Origin: an uncultured cyanobacterium
Lineage (GTDB): Bacteria; Cyanobacteriota; Cyanobacteriia; Cyanobacteriales; CAWCAG01
Direction: 5' to 3'
DNA length: 64,000 nt
NCBI GenBank assembly: GCA_963803805.1
Contig: CAWDOD010000003.1
Coordinates: forward strand, 320,001-384,000
The notes below the pieces were generated by a model. It was not told the DNA's origin and did not search any database. It saw nothing but the letters and a program-made list of their open reading frames with translations. Within the stretch, counting starts at the first letter, position 1. Each line of letters opens with the position of its first letter. The position numbers and the translations under genes were made by a program. Shown here piece after piece: positions 39,965 through 51,295 of this stretch.

Positions 39965-42400
39965 ATGCCGCGATATAGTACTAGCGATAACGTCAAGAAG
40001 CGCGTTTTAAGATTATTAGAGAGGTTATTAATCTACGCGAATCAAGAAACAACTGACTATGAGTACTTTGCGGAGAAGGTAGTTGTTAGATGGCAAGATG
40101 AAGATGGTGAAAACCCTAGATTATTGGTGAAAACCAAACTAAAATATCTTGTTGAACTAGTATTTTCATGCAAGGATAGCAAAAAACAAAAGGAATACCT
40201 TAGACACGATCTGGGTTTACTAGAGAATTTCCTCGGTATTTTGGAAGATCATCGTATTAAAAAACAGGGATCAGATGAATGGTTGTTCACTCTAAAACTT
40301 TGGCATCGGTCTGTAGAAATAAATTTGGCTAAATGTGAAGCACAATGGCGCAAGCTGAAATCATCGGGATCGCCAAAAGCAAATTCATCTCACCCAGAAG
40401 ACTCAGAAAGATTGCCTAAGCAATTACCACCTCAAACTCCCCGTCTTTACTATAATTTACCAGCACGCCACCACACAGCTTTTATTGGTTTTAAAAGGGA
40501 TTTAACTAAACTACTGAAATTACTTTCTTCTCACCACTCAAGCAATATTATTACTATTGAAGGAATAGGGGGGATTGGCAAAACAACCTTAGTCTTAGAA
40601 GCAGCTTGTCGTTGCTTAGAAGCAATATCTGCCCCGGAAGCTTATCCTGGTGTTCCTAACTTTGGAGCAATCATTTTCAACTCAGCACAAATTCAAAGAT
40701 TTCGTGGCCCATACCTATCTTCAAGACTACGTCCAGAAAGAAATTTACAAGATATTTTTCGTACCATCTTTCGTACTTTTAAATGCCTAGAAAAAGCCCC
40801 AGGAGATTTTAATACTCAGCTAGATTTTGCTATAGAACTGTTGCAAGGGCAACCAACTTTATTAATTGTTGATAACTTAGAAACCATCCAAGATCAAGAA
40901 CTAGTTTTTTCTTTTATTGAAGAACTTCCCTCAACAGTTAAAGTTGTACTCACTAGCCGTATCCGTTTAGGTTTTGGTTCAACCATTCCCTTAGATGGCT
41001 TATCCCCCGAAGAAGGTTTAGAACTAATCCAGTACAAGGCTTTGGAAAAAGAAGTACAACTTTCTGCGGCGCAATGCCAAAGCATTTATGAAAAAACAGG
41101 GGGACATCCTTTAGGGATTACCTACACCATCGGTCAAATTGCAGTTTATGGTACTTCTCCTAGCTTGGCTACCACCCATTTAAAAAAGTCTTCAGAAACC
41201 TTTAGCCGCTACTGCTTTGAAGATTCTGTAGGGCGCTTTCGAGGGCAGATAGCCCATAAGTTACTTTTGGCTTTGACTTTATTTCCCCAATCGGCTGCAC
41301 CAGAAGCTATCTTTGACATTGCAGCGCCGCAAGTTGCTCCTGAAATTAGACAAGAAGCGTTAGGAAAACTTTATGAACTTTCTTTATTAAGGAAAGAAGG
41401 TGCAAGATATACGATGCACTCTTTAACCTGTGAATATATTAGCGCCGAGTTAAGGGTTGATTCACAACTGCGAAATTCCTGGGTGAAATGGTATCTTAAA
41501 TTCTTAACCCCTTACCAAAAACTTCATTGGCAAGAGTGGCAAGACTACGAACCCCTACAGCAAGAATGGCTCAATTTGCGGGAAGTCATGGAATGGTGTC
41601 AAAGCCAAAATCGCTATGAAGATGTACAGAAACTTTGGCACTCCCTCAAAGGCTACACTTTATTTAATGGCTATTGGTGCGATCGCTTAGCTTGGTTAGA
41701 TTGGTTAATTGAGGCTGCCCAAGTCAGGGAAGATTGGCTTGTGGTTGCTGATGCGACTCATCACAAAGGAAGAACATTGGCACATATTAATCAAGCCGAT
41801 CCTCAAGGAGAAGCTTTTGCATTAGGAGAACAAGCTTTGCAACTATGCAAGTCTCAAGATGTTAATCTCCAGCTTGATATAGTTGCTTATCTAATTTATT
41901 TATTAAGTAAAAAACAACAATTCTCTGTAGCAAAAGATTGGCTTAAGCAAGGATACCAAATACTTTCACAAATCCCTCAAACAGATAAAATGTATACTCG
42001 CCAAGAAATTCAACTCCTTTACTGTCAAGCAGAATTGTACAAAAGCACTAACAACTATCAAAAAAGCCAACACTACTACCAAAAAGCTTTGCAAAAAGCA
42101 CAAGCAATTAATTGGCAACGTATGATTGCCTATATTCAAGGGGGTATTGCGGCTATATTGCTAGACAAAGGAGATTTTTCAGCAGCAAAGGTATTGTTCC
42201 AAAAAGTTCTAAAACAAGCTACAATTCACCAAGATAAGCGCTGTCTTGCTTTCTGTAAACATTATCTAGCTATTTTAGAAAAACAACAGGACAACTTATC
42301 ACTATCTCGCAACTGGGCAGAGTCAGCCCAACAAAGTTTTGCCAATCTAAATATGAACAAAGAAGCAGCAGAAATGGCAGTGTTGATGAGGAATAACTGA
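39965..42400 (+). CDS. STAND (NB-ARC) NTPase with C-terminal TPRs
   Basis: Walker A GIGGIGKT, Walker B LLIVDNLE, LTSR, GGHPLGI and MHSL motifs; TPR-like helices. Confidence 0.88.
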   Translation: MPRYSTSDNVKKRVLRLLERLLIYANQETTDYEYFAEKVVVRWQDEDGENPRLLVKTKLKYLVELVFSCKDSKKQKEYLRHDLGLLENFLGILEDHRIKKQGSDEWLFTLKLWHRSVEINLAKCEAQWRKLKSSGSPKANSSHPEDSERLPKQLPPQTPRLYYNLPARHHTAFIGFKRDLTKLLKLLSSHHSSNIITIEGIGGIGKTTLVLEAACRCLEAISAPEAYPGVPNFGAIIFNSAQIQRFRGPYLSSRLRPERNLQDIFRTIFRTFKCLEKAPGDFNTQLDFAIELLQGQPTLLIVDNLETIQDQELVFSFIEELPSTVKVVLTSRIRLGFGSTIPLDGLSPEEGLELIQYKALEKEVQLSAAQCQSIYEKTGGHPLGITYTIGQIAVYGTSPSLATTHLKKSSETFSRYCFEDSVGRFRGQIAHKLLLALTLFPQSAAPEAIFDIAAPQVAPEIRQEALGKLYELSLLRKEGARYTMHSLTCEYISAELRVDSQLRNSWVKWYLKFLTPYQKLHWQEWQDYEPLQQEWLNLREVMEWCQSQNRYEDVQKLWHSLKGYTLFNGYWCDRLAWLDWLIEAAQVREDWLVVADATHHKGRTLAHINQADPQGEAFALGEQALQLCKSQDVNLQLDIVAYLIYLLSKKQQFSVAKDWLKQGYQILSQIPQTDKMYTRQEIQLLYCQAELYKSTNNYQKSQHYYQKALQKAQAINWQRMIAYIQGGIAAILLDKGDFSAAKVLFQKVLKQATIHQDKRCLAFCKHYLAILEKQQDNLSLSRNWAESAQQSFANLNMNKEAAEMAVLMRNN

Positions 42401-42501
42401 TGCACCGTTTGGTATGTTGGTTATTTGACTAATGGCTAATGGCTAAGTGTCCCCAAGGCAACTCTGAACTTCCGCCTTGATTATCAATCATAAACTCAAA
42501 G

Positions 42502-43335
42502 TCAAATTGGTGGTAAATCTAATGGTATAGCTCCTAATAAGCCTTTACGGAAATCATTTAATAATTGACAAGCTGTTCTTTCTTCATCACCTTTGTAACT
42601 GAATTGGGCTAACTTATCTAAATATTCTTCTCCACTGAGATGATCAGGATTTAGTTGGTAGCGAGACTCTAAAGCCTCAGTAAAATTTAGTTCTTGTAAC
42701 AATTCCACAAAGGCTACAGCGACTCTTTGATTATCATAGGAGGCTTCGCCAATATCATCACAAATAGCTAACTTAACAGCATCTTCTTGATCCTCCAAAC
42801 GCCAAGGAATTACCCCCGGTGCATCTAACATTTCAATTTGGTCGGAGATGCGTACCCATTGGAGTTGCTTCGTCACCCCCGCACGACGAGCGCTAGCCAC
42901 GGCTTTACGCCCCACCAAGCGATTAATCAGAGCAGATTTACCCACATTAGGAAAACCGATTACCACAGCCCGAACTGGACGGGGACGCATCCCGCGATCA
43001 CGCCGACGTTGGTTCATTTGCTTACCTGCATTTTGGGCTGCTTGAATTATTTGTTTAATCCCTTTCCCTTTTTGGGCGTTAGTAAAATAAACCTGTTCTT
43101 CTTCTAACTCAAACCATTTTTGCCAAGCTTGTTTAAGATCACGAGGAATCATATCTACCCGATTAATCACGAGTATTTTGGGCTTACTACCAATCCAATC
43201 TTCTAGTTGAGGATGATGAGAAGTAAAAGGAATCCTCGCATCCAAAACTTCTAGCACAACATCAACACGCTTGAGTTGTTCTTTCAGTTGTCTTTCCGCT
43301 TTGGCAATATGCCCCGGATACCATTGAATGAGCAT
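42502..43335 (-). CDS. rbgA: Ribosome biogenesis GTPase RbgA/YlqF
   Basis: IQWYPGHIAKA, DARIP, GFPNVGKS and DAPG motifs. Confidence 0.95.
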   Translation of the reverse strand: MLIQWYPGHIAKAERQLKEQLKRVDVVLEVLDARIPFTSHHPQLEDWIGSKPKILVINRVDMIPRDLKQAWQKWFELEEEQVYFTNAQKGKGIKQIIQAAQNAGKQMNQRRRDRGMRPRPVRAVVIGFPNVGKSALINRLVGRKAVASARRAGVTKQLQWVRISDQIEMLDAPGVIPWRLEDQEDAVKLAICDDIGEASYDNQRVAVAFVELLQELNFTEALESRYQLNPDHLSGEEYLDKLAQFSYKGDEERTACQLLNDFRKGLLGAIPLDLPPI

Positions 43336-43516
43336 TTAATTGTTATTTGCTAATTGTTATTTGCTAATTGCTAATTGCCTTGGCAATATCCCTATTCTTA
43401 GCTATTCCTAAACGATAGATAGCTAGAGAAGTATCTGGATCTTTGTTCTTCTCGTCAATTTAGATATCGCATCTATTTTTTTACTTACTCAATATCTCCG
43501 TCTTGAAGCGAAAGTT

Positions 43517-44374
43517 TTAATTAAACCGCTTTTTTTCCATCCGATAACGCATATATTCTGCCACAAAAGCAAACATTCCTGAACCGAGAATCAATAAGAC
43601 GCTAAGGGCGTTAATATCGGGCTTAACTCCAGTACGGATACGACTAAAAATTTCCATAGGCAGGGTGGTTGCCCCAGTTCCAGCAGTGAAACTGGAGATA
43701 AGGAAATCGTCCATACTCAGGACAAAAGAAAGTAGGCAACCTGCAATAATTGCTGGCATTAATTCTGGTAAGAGAACCCTGATAAAAGCTTCTATGGGGG
43801 TAGCCCCTAAGTCTAAAGCTGCTTCTTCTAAATGAGGATCAAGGGTTGCCAAACGGGAAGAAACGACAATAGCAACATAGGCTAAACAAAATACTACGTG
43901 TGCTGCTACAATCGTCCACAAACTAAGGGGAATACTTACCACGGCTAAAAATACTAGAGTTGCTACAGCGATCGCAATATCTGGGACAATTAAGGGTAAG
44001 TAAGCAATACCTCTATATAAGGTTTTACCAGGGAAGCGATAACGGGCTAAACCTACTGCAGTTAGAGTTCCTAAAATAGCGGAAATCCCCACAGCCACGA
44101 AGGCTACGGTTAAGCTATTTTGCAGCGCCCTGAGTATGCGTCCATCTTGAAATAGTTGTTGATACCATTCTAAGGAGAAACCTTCCCAACCAGAACTATA
44201 GGCTGATTTATTGAAACTATAAAAAGTCAGTACCAAAATAGGTAGGTACATATAGAAAAACATCAGCAGGGAAAATAAAGCCTGCCAAGAAAGGCGGAAT
44301 TTGGGTTTAGATGCAACCATAGAAGGTAGAATTTCCTCCTCCTGCTGATGTGAATTCTCTTGCTCGCTCATCAA
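43517..44374 (-). CDS. potC: Polyamine ABC transporter permease (PotC-like)
   Basis: LEEAALDLGA EAA loop, SMDDF and TTLP motifs. Confidence 0.8.
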   Translation of the reverse strand: MMSEQENSHQQEEEILPSMVASKPKFRLSWQALFSLLMFFYMYLPILVLTFYSFNKSAYSSGWEGFSLEWYQQLFQDGRILRALQNSLTVAFVAVGISAILGTLTAVGLARYRFPGKTLYRGIAYLPLIVPDIAIAVATLVFLAVVSIPLSLWTIVAAHVVFCLAYVAIVVSSRLATLDPHLEEAALDLGATPIEAFIRVLLPELMPAIIAGCLLSFVLSMDDFLISSFTAGTGATTLPMEIFSRIRTGVKPDINALSVLLILGSGMFAFVAEYMRYRMEKKRFN

Positions 44375-44500
44375 GTTGTACCTATTTTAGGCGATCACGT
44401 TCTTTAATGACCAATGATTAATTATCAATGATGGGGTGCGACAACAGCAAGCCGTACATTGAGCAATTATATTGGTAAATACAGCACTAGTAATTAGTCA

Positions 44501-44707
44501 CTAATTCCCCAAATCTTCCACCTCCTTCTCCCTCTGTTCATTGAGATTAGGGGCTTTGTTTGGTACTAACCCCATCACAAATTTATTAATACCAACACGA
44601 GTACTTTTACTAGCTTGACCTAAAGAACCGGGTAAAACGCGATCTCCTACAGTAATAAAAGCTAGGGTTAAAGCTACAAAAATAAAGGCTAAAGTTTGCC
44701 GATTCAT
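44501..44707 (-). CDS. Small membrane-anchored hypothetical protein
   Basis: MNRQT start, hydrophobic N-terminus, GDRVLP motif. Confidence 0.6.
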   Translation of the reverse strand: MNRQTLAFIFVALTLAFITVGDRVLPGSLGQASKSTRVGINKFVMGLVPNKAPNLNEQREKEVEDLGN

Positions 44708-44921
44708 GACTAAATAATTATTGATAGAGAAAGTTATACTTCTCATCTTAGTCTTTCCCTAGACAGAAATATTCATAGCTTCTGCCCTTAATGTTTTAGC
44801 CTTGAGGTATTTTACTTTGCGCTCTAGTTTAAGCTAGGATTTGCCTATGCGTGACAAATTATTCACAGCATACATTCAAGAAAAACCTTAAAAACTTAAT
44901 CTCAAATAGGAGAATTTGCAA

Positions 44922-45053
44922 ATGGCTAAAGAAAATCCTCCCGTTCCCCAATCCGGTGAACCCCCCTATCCTTTCCGTACAGGTTGGGCGTTGTTTTTGT
45001 TATTCATCAACATTTTAGTTGCTGCTATTTATTTCCACATTTGGAATATTTAG
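44922..45053 (+). CDS. psaX: Photosystem I subunit PsaX (absent from the ORF track)
   Basis: MAKENPPVPQSGEPPYPFRTGWALFLLFINILVAAIYFHIWNI; SD AGGAG upstream. Confidence 0.93.
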   Translation: MAKENPPVPQSGEPPYPFRTGWALFLLFINILVAAIYFHIWNI

Positions 45054-45071
45054 TTCACTCTCAACTAATTC

Positions 45072-46478
45072 CTAATCCTTGAATAAAGCAGGACGTTGAT
45101 TTTCCCATAATTTTGCGGCTTCCAATTGTCCTGCTAGGGAAATAAGGGTTGTTTCTGCGGCGGGACGGCGAATAATTTGGATACCAAGGGGCAAGCCGTT
45201 ACTAGCAAAGCCTGTTGGTAGGGCGATCGCTGGTAAGCCAGAAGCATTAACTCCAGGACAAGGGGCAACCCACTCAATAATTTTTTGTAAAGTTTCTTTC
45301 GGTTCCAAATCTGCCCACTCACCAATTTTAATAGTGGGGTGTAGATATACAGGTAGGATTAAAACATCATAATTTTCAAAAAAGGCAACAATCTGCCTCG
45401 CCACAAGCTGCATTTGGGAAACTGCTTGTAAATACTCCCCAGCAGAACCCGCTTGTTCCCCAATCCATCGCTCTAAAGGACTCAAAGCTTCTAAAGGAAT
45501 GCCCGTAGCTGTAACTCCTGCCTGCCAAATTTTAGTAAAAGGTTTAACTAAATCCCTAAAATCAGGACAGGCAGATTCAACAGTATGACCTAAACTTTCG
45601 CAGAGTTTGGCTGTTTTCTCCACAGCTTCTTTTATTTGGGCTGTTGCTTCTCCAAAAGGGGCTATGGAAGTGGAAAAAGCAACTTTTAATTTCCTAGGAG
45701 ATTGTTGTGCGGCGTGGAAAAAAGAAGTTTCTGGCAGAGGTAGCCAGTAAGGATCTCCTACTACATAACCAGACATTATATCTAATAAAGCTGCTGCATC
45801 CTCAACATTGCGTGCAAGAGGACCACTGGTGGAAATACCGCTTTGATAATCTCCCACAGGGGCGTGGGAAACTCTACCCCTAGAAGGTTTCAGTCCCACT
45901 AAACCACAACAAGAACCTGGGCCACGTATAGAACCACCACCATCGGAACCTTGGGCGATGCCACATAAACCTGCTGCTACTGCTGCTGCTGCCCCACCAC
46001 TAGACCCTCCGGGGGTATATTCTAAGTTCCAAGGGTTTCGGGCAGGGGGAAAGCCAGGAGGTTCAGTATAGGGCAAGGAACCAATAGCAGAGGTGGCTGT
46101 TTTACCCAGAATAATAAAACCCGCCATTTTCATGCGAGTGGTAACGCCATCATCATAGGGAGAGATTTTTTCTTTTAACGCTGCTACGCCATAGCTACAG
46201 GGCATTCCTTTGACGGCGTTCAAGTCTTTAATTGCTGTGGGTACACCAAAAAAAGGTGGTAGTTGAGTAGCGTCAATTTGGGTAAGTTTTTCTGTTTTAA
46301 CTTTAGCCTCTTCTAAAGCTAATTCCCCCGCAACAGTGAAATAACTTCCTAGTTGGGTATTGAATTTATTGATACGTTCTAAGTAAAGTTCTACTAATTG
46401 CAAAGGAGAAACTTCACCACTACGAATGAGTTGGGCTTGTTGCAAGGCTGGGGCAAAAGCCAAGTCAGCTTGATTCAT
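45072..46478 (-). CDS. Amidase signature family protein
   Basis: AIKDL, PGGSSGG and GSDGGGSIR motifs. Confidence 0.93.
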   Translation of the reverse strand: MNQADLAFAPALQQAQLIRSGEVSPLQLVELYLERINKFNTQLGSYFTVAGELALEEAKVKTEKLTQIDATQLPPFFGVPTAIKDLNAVKGMPCSYGVAALKEKISPYDDGVTTRMKMAGFIILGKTATSAIGSLPYTEPPGFPPARNPWNLEYTPGGSSGGAAAAVAAGLCGIAQGSDGGGSIRGPGSCCGLVGLKPSRGRVSHAPVGDYQSGISTSGPLARNVEDAAALLDIMSGYVVGDPYWLPLPETSFFHAAQQSPRKLKVAFSTSIAPFGEATAQIKEAVEKTAKLCESLGHTVESACPDFRDLVKPFTKIWQAGVTATGIPLEALSPLERWIGEQAGSAGEYLQAVSQMQLVARQIVAFFENYDVLILPVYLHPTIKIGEWADLEPKETLQKIIEWVAPCPGVNASGLPAIALPTGFASNGLPLGIQIIRRPAAETTLISLAGQLEAAKLWENQRPALFKD

Positions 46479-46595
46479 GTAAAAATTAGATTAATGGCAA
46501 GTAACAACATAGCTTAACTTAATTGCTAATCGCTAGTGGCTAGTGGCTAATTGTTAAAGTTAAACATTACTTATTATTTATTACTTATTACTTAT

Positions 46596-47384
46596 TCAAG
46601 CCCCCATGCCAGAATATTGTTTTAAACCCCGTCGCCACAACCAACGGTTAATAATTAAAAAGAATAATCCCCAACCTAAAGTTGCTAAAATCCCTTGCAT
46701 AATATCAACTTCTAAACCAACTATAATAGCTGCTGGAAAATACATCATATAGGGGAAAGGTGTCCAGAGAGTTAGTTTTTGCATTAAAGGAGGGAATACA
46801 TCTAAAGGGGCTATCATTCCAGAAAGAAAGAGGTAAAACAATAACCAAAATTGCTGAATTGCCACCGCCCTTTCTATCCAAAAAGCGAACATAGCAAAGG
46901 TATATTGAATTAGAAAACGTAGGGCAAAAGCCATAATACAGGTAACAAAGAATAAGCAAACTTGTCCAAAGTTAGGTTGCCAAATCCCTTGGGGATAGAG
47001 GTAGAAAAAGAGAATTAAGAAGAAAATAATAATTGGTGCGCGTCCTAAACGTTCTCCTAAATGAGTAGCAACATGATGCCAAACCGGATCTATAGGTTGG
47101 AGGAGTCGAAAGGAAAGACTTCCTTCTACTACTTCCCTTTCAAATTCCCAAATTACCCAAATAACTGTAAGTTGTCGTACTAAGAAAACAGCAATAAAAT
47201 AGCGGGCAAAATCCATTGCTGAGAGGTCGAAATCTCCGCTGTTAGCTGCTTTAGTCCAAACTCCCATCAAAATAATTGGTAGGGAGTTAGAAAGGGCCCA
47301 TAAAAAAATTTCTGCTCGATATTCGAGCATATAAGCGTATTGAACGCTGAGTAAAGTTGTGGCTTTTTTCCATAACCATTTCAT
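46596..47384 (-). CDS. ABC-2 type exporter permease
   Basis: Six TM helices; LEYRAE, LLQPIDP and FLSGMIAPL motifs. Confidence 0.85.
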   Translation of the reverse strand: MKWLWKKATTLLSVQYAYMLEYRAEIFLWALSNSLPIILMGVWTKAANSGDFDLSAMDFARYFIAVFLVRQLTVIWVIWEFEREVVEGSLSFRLLQPIDPVWHHVATHLGERLGRAPIIIFFLILFFYLYPQGIWQPNFGQVCLFFVTCIMAFALRFLIQYTFAMFAFWIERAVAIQQFWLLFYLFLSGMIAPLDVFPPLMQKLTLWTPFPYMMYFPAAIIVGLEVDIMQGILATLGWGLFFLIINRWLWRRGLKQYSGMGA

Positions 47385-48364
47385 TAAATTTCCCCTTTAT
47401 TAAAAAGCTGCCCAATTACTTCTTCTATAGGTGGATCAGCTATACTTAAATCAATAACTTCTAATTGTGCTAACATCTTTGCCACACTATTAGTCAAGTC
47501 TTCTCGTTTGATTAAAAAACGTACTTCTCGCCCTTCTATAGTTTTAATATCTCCGAAGTCAGCTAACTTTTCTGAAGGTAAGAAGTAACCAAGTTCTACT
47601 TTAACCTCTCGACAAGGGGCAAAATGTTCTAATAATTTATTCAAGTCACCATTATAAATAAGTTGTCCTTGATGGATAACCATAACTCGCTCACATAAAG
47701 CAGTTATATCTGCCATATAATGACTTGTTAAAAGAATTGTTGCTTGGTAACGTTGATTGTAATCCCGCAAAAAATCCCGCACAGCTACTTGAGCATTTAC
47801 ATCTAATCCTAAAGTTGGTTCATCTAAAAATAATACTTGAGGATGGTGCAGTAAGGCAGCGAGTAATTCGGCCTTCATTCTTTCCCCTAATGAAAGCTTG
47901 CGTACTGGCTGTTTTAGTTTATTTTCTAAAGAAAGCATTTCCGTTAATTCCCCTAACCTTTGCTTAAATTGAGGTTGAGGAATTTGATAAATGGCGGCAT
48001 TAATTCTTAAAGAATCTAGGGCAGGTAAATCCCAAATTAATTGCTGCTTCTGCCCCATAACCAAACTAATCTTATTAAGAAATTGGTGTTTACGATTAAA
48101 AGGTGTATAACCAGAAACTTTAACCTTTCCTTGAGAAGGATAAATTAAACCTGCTAACATTTTGAGGGTAGTAGTTTTCCCTGCCCCATTAGGTCCTAAA
48201 AAACCAACAACTTCACCTGTTTCAATCTGAAAAGAAATATTTTGTACTGCTTTTACTTGGCGATATTGACGTTTAAAAAAGTGATTTAATGTCCCTTTCA
48301 ATCCTGGTTCTTTAACAGCAACGGGATAGATTTTAGTCAGGTTTTCGACAGCAACTATGGGCAT
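47384..48364 (-). CDS. ABC exporter ATP-binding protein
   Basis: GPNGAGKT, LSLGERM and LFLDEPT motifs; overlaps the permease start. Confidence 0.92.
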   Translation of the reverse strand: MPIVAVENLTKIYPVAVKEPGLKGTLNHFFKRQYRQVKAVQNISFQIETGEVVGFLGPNGAGKTTTLKMLAGLIYPSQGKVKVSGYTPFNRKHQFLNKISLVMGQKQQLIWDLPALDSLRINAAIYQIPQPQFKQRLGELTEMLSLENKLKQPVRKLSLGERMKAELLAALLHHPQVLFLDEPTLGLDVNAQVAVRDFLRDYNQRYQATILLTSHYMADITALCERVMVIHQGQLIYNGDLNKLLEHFAPCREVKVELGYFLPSEKLADFGDIKTIEGREVRFLIKREDLTNSVAKMLAQLEVIDLSIADPPIEEVIGQLFNKGEI

Positions 48365-48803
48365 ATAAAGTTAATTGATAATTGATCAAGATGATTATTT
48401 TAAGTGAAGCAGCAGAACAAGTAGCGCCATCTGCTAGTGCTAGAGAAAATGAAACTCTGACTGAAGCCCCTAAGATAATAGGTTTAGGTTAAGGAATTAA
48501 ATTAGTTAATTCACTACAACAACTATAGTTATTCCTAAACTTGAATTTTGGCATCATCTTAAGGAATTAGTTTTAGCCAAGAATTAGGGCTAATATTATA
48601 CCTTACTTGCTTGACTAAAATATATCTAAAAAGCTTAATTTCCCGTTTCGATTTCTCAAAATACTTAGGATTTTTAGCAAGAATATTATTATTACTGGGG
48701 TAGGTTCTTACGAACTTACGACTCAAAGTCTGAAGCTATTGATTCGCTCAACCTCCAAAATCTAGGTACAATAAACCCTGTCCTCTCGTACAAGAGTGCA
48801 TCT

Positions 48804-51116
48804 ATGGCTCCCTTTTCCCCTCAAGAAATTGCTGCTGAAGGTCTGAAACCAGAAGAATATCAAGAAATTGTTAATAGATTAGGTCGCCATCCCAATCAAG
48901 CTGAATTAGGTATGTTTGGGGTGATGTGGTCAGAACATTGTTGTTACAAAAACTCCCGTCCTCTGCTTAAACAGTTCCCCACCACAGGTAAGCGAGTCTT
49001 GGTGGGACCAGGGGAAAATGCTGGAGTTGTAGATTTAGGTAATGGTTTACGTCTTGCTTTTAAAATAGAATCTCACAACCATCCTTCAGCCATTGAACCT
49101 TTCCAGGGGGCAGCCACCGGAGTTGGAGGCATTCTCCGAGATATTTTTACTATGGGGGCCCGTCCCATTGCTATTTTAAACTCCTTACGGTTTGGAGAAT
49201 TGGAAAATCCCCGTACTAGAAGGATTTTTACTGGAGTTGTCGAAGGTATTGCTAATTATGGTAATTGTGTGGGAGTTCCTACTGTAGGGGGAGAAATTTA
49301 CTTCGACGCGGCTTATACAGGCAATCCCTTGGTTAATGTTATGGCTTTAGGTTTAATGGAAACTGAGGATATTGTTACCTCTGGGGCAGCAGGTATTGGC
49401 AACCCAGTTTTGTATGTGGGTTCTACTACCGGCAGAGATGGTATGGGAGGGGCTAGTTTTGCTAGTGCCGAACTTTCCGACGCATCTATGGATGATCGTC
49501 CGGCAGTACAAGTAGGTGATCCTTTCTTAGAAAAATCCTTAATAGAAGCTTGTTTAGAAGCCTTTAAAACTGGGGCAGTGGTGGCGGCACAGGATATGGG
49601 GGCGGCAGGACTTACCTGTTCAACATCGGAAATGGCCGCGACAGGAGGTGTGGGGGTAGAACTAGATTTAGATAAAATTCCAGTGCGAGAAACGGGGATG
49701 ATTCCCTACGAATACCTGCTTTCTGAATCCCAAGAAAGGATGTTGTTCGTTGCCGAAAAAGGGCGAGAAACAGAATTAATCAAGATTTTCCACCGTTGGG
49801 GACTGAATGCGGTAGTTGCGGGGGAAGTAATCGAAGAACCCATCGTCAGGATTTGGTTTCAAGGGAAAGTCGCCGCCGAAGTCCCTGCTACAGCTTTGGC
49901 TGATAATACTCCTATTTATAACCGAGAACTCTTAGCAGAACCTCCCGTCTATGCCCAAAAAGCTTGGCAATGGAGTTCCACTTCCTTGCCCCCTTGCACG
50001 ACCACAGGTATCTCCTTAGATGGGGATAACAAAACCTGGACAGAAATTCTCCTCGAACTTTTAGATAACCCTACCCTAGCTGATAAAACCTGGGTTCATC
50101 GCCAATACGATCACCAAGTTCAAAATAACACCGTAATCTTGCCAGGAGGGGCTGAAGCGGCGGTGGTAAGAGTTCGTCCTTTAAATGCCAATCCTGCAAG
50201 CTGTACCACAGGAGTAGCCGCAACGACAGATTGCAACTCCCGCTACTGTTACCTTGACCCCTATGAAGGGGCTAAAGCGGCTGTAGCTGAAGCTGCCCGT
50301 AATTTAAGCTGTGTGGGTGCTGAACCCTTGGCAGTTACTGATAACCTCAATTTTGGTAGCCCGGAAAAGCCCGTGGGTTACTGGCAATTGGCCTGGGCTT
50401 GTCGGGGTATTGCTGAAGCCTGTGAAGTTTTTAATACCCCTGTGACGGGGGGAAATGTTTCTTTGTATAACGAAACCCTAGACAGCAACGGTAAGCCTCA
50501 ACCAATTTATCCTACTCCCGTTATTGGTATGGTGGGTTTAATCGCCGATATTAAAAAAGTTTGCGGTCGAGGTTGGATAGAAGAAGGAGATTTAATTTAT
50601 TTGTTAGGAAATGGTGATAATTTCCCCACCTTGGGAGGATCAGAATATTTAGCTGCTATTCACCAGATTGTGGCAGGAAAACCTCCTCAAGTTGATTTTG
50701 CTTTAGAAAGTCAAGTGCAAAAAGCTTGCCGGGAAGGTATTCATCGCGATTTGGTCAAGTCTGCCTGTGATTGTTCTGAAGGTGGCATAGCTGTGGCTAT
50801 AGCTGAAGCTTGTTTAGTTAACCAGTTAGGGGCAGAGATTTACCTTAATATTCCAGAAGCTCAACGTTGGGATGAAGTCCTCTTTGGGGAAGCTACCAGC
50901 CGTATTTTGGTTTCTATTTCCCCTACTCAACAAAAAACTTGGGAATCATACCTCCAAAAAGAACTACCAGATGCTTGGTTACAAATTGGCACAGTGAAAG
51001 AAAAAAAATCTCAATTACGCATATATACTGCTGACAAGGTATTGTTAATAAAAGTTAAGATGACCAAAGTAAGCGATCGCTGGCAAGAGGCCATACCCAA
51101 ACGCTTAAAAGTTTGA
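48804..51116 (+). CDS. purL: Phosphoribosylformylglycinamidine synthase PurL
   Basis: [15 protein letters not shown] and QDMGAAG motifs. Confidence 0.98.
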   Translation: MAPFSPQEIAAEGLKPEEYQEIVNRLGRHPNQAELGMFGVMWSEHCCYKNSRPLLKQFPTTGKRVLVGPGENAGVVDLGNGLRLAFKIESHNHPSAIEPFQGAATGVGGILRDIFTMGARPIAILNSLRFGELENPRTRRIFTGVVEGIANYGNCVGVPTVGGEIYFDAAYTGNPLVNVMALGLMETEDIVTSGAAGIGNPVLYVGSTTGRDGMGGASFASAELSDASMDDRPAVQVGDPFLEKSLIEACLEAFKTGAVVAAQDMGAAGLTCSTSEMAATGGVGVELDLDKIPVRETGMIPYEYLLSESQERMLFVAEKGRETELIKIFHRWGLNAVVAGEVIEEPIVRIWFQGKVAAEVPATALADNTPIYNRELLAEPPVYAQKAWQWSSTSLPPCTTTGISLDGDNKTWTEILLELLDNPTLADKTWVHRQYDHQVQNNTVILPGGAEAAVVRVRPLNANPASCTTGVAATTDCNSRYCYLDPYEGAKAAVAEAARNLSCVGAEPLAVTDNLNFGSPEKPVGYWQLAWACRGIAEACEVFNTPVTGGNVSLYNETLDSNGKPQPIYPTPVIGMVGLIADIKKVCGRGWIEEGDLIYLLGNGDNFPTLGGSEYLAAIHQIVAGKPPQVDFALESQVQKACREGIHRDLVKSACDCSEGGIAVAIAEACLVNQLGAEIYLNIPEAQRWDEVLFGEATSRILVSISPTQQKTWESYLQKELPDAWLQIGTVKEKKSQLRIYTADKVLLIKVKMTKVSDRWQEAIPKRLKV

Positions 51117-51295
51117 AACTTAAATTATGCAATTAAACTCATTAGCCATTAGCGGCAATTCTCACTTTTCCAAAGTTAAGAATTACTGCTATTGTTGTAA
51201 TTGTTAAGCAAATGTTAAGCTCAACTTAAGGGTCTATCTACCTCAATACTCATCTCATTGATTCACTTGCCGCTATCAGGAGCAAAAGCCGTAGC

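Noticed and set aside
44850-44867. CGTGA-N8-TCACA upstream of psaX as a CRP site linked to PAC-made cAMP
   Set aside because: The spacer is 8 nt rather than the 6 nt required.
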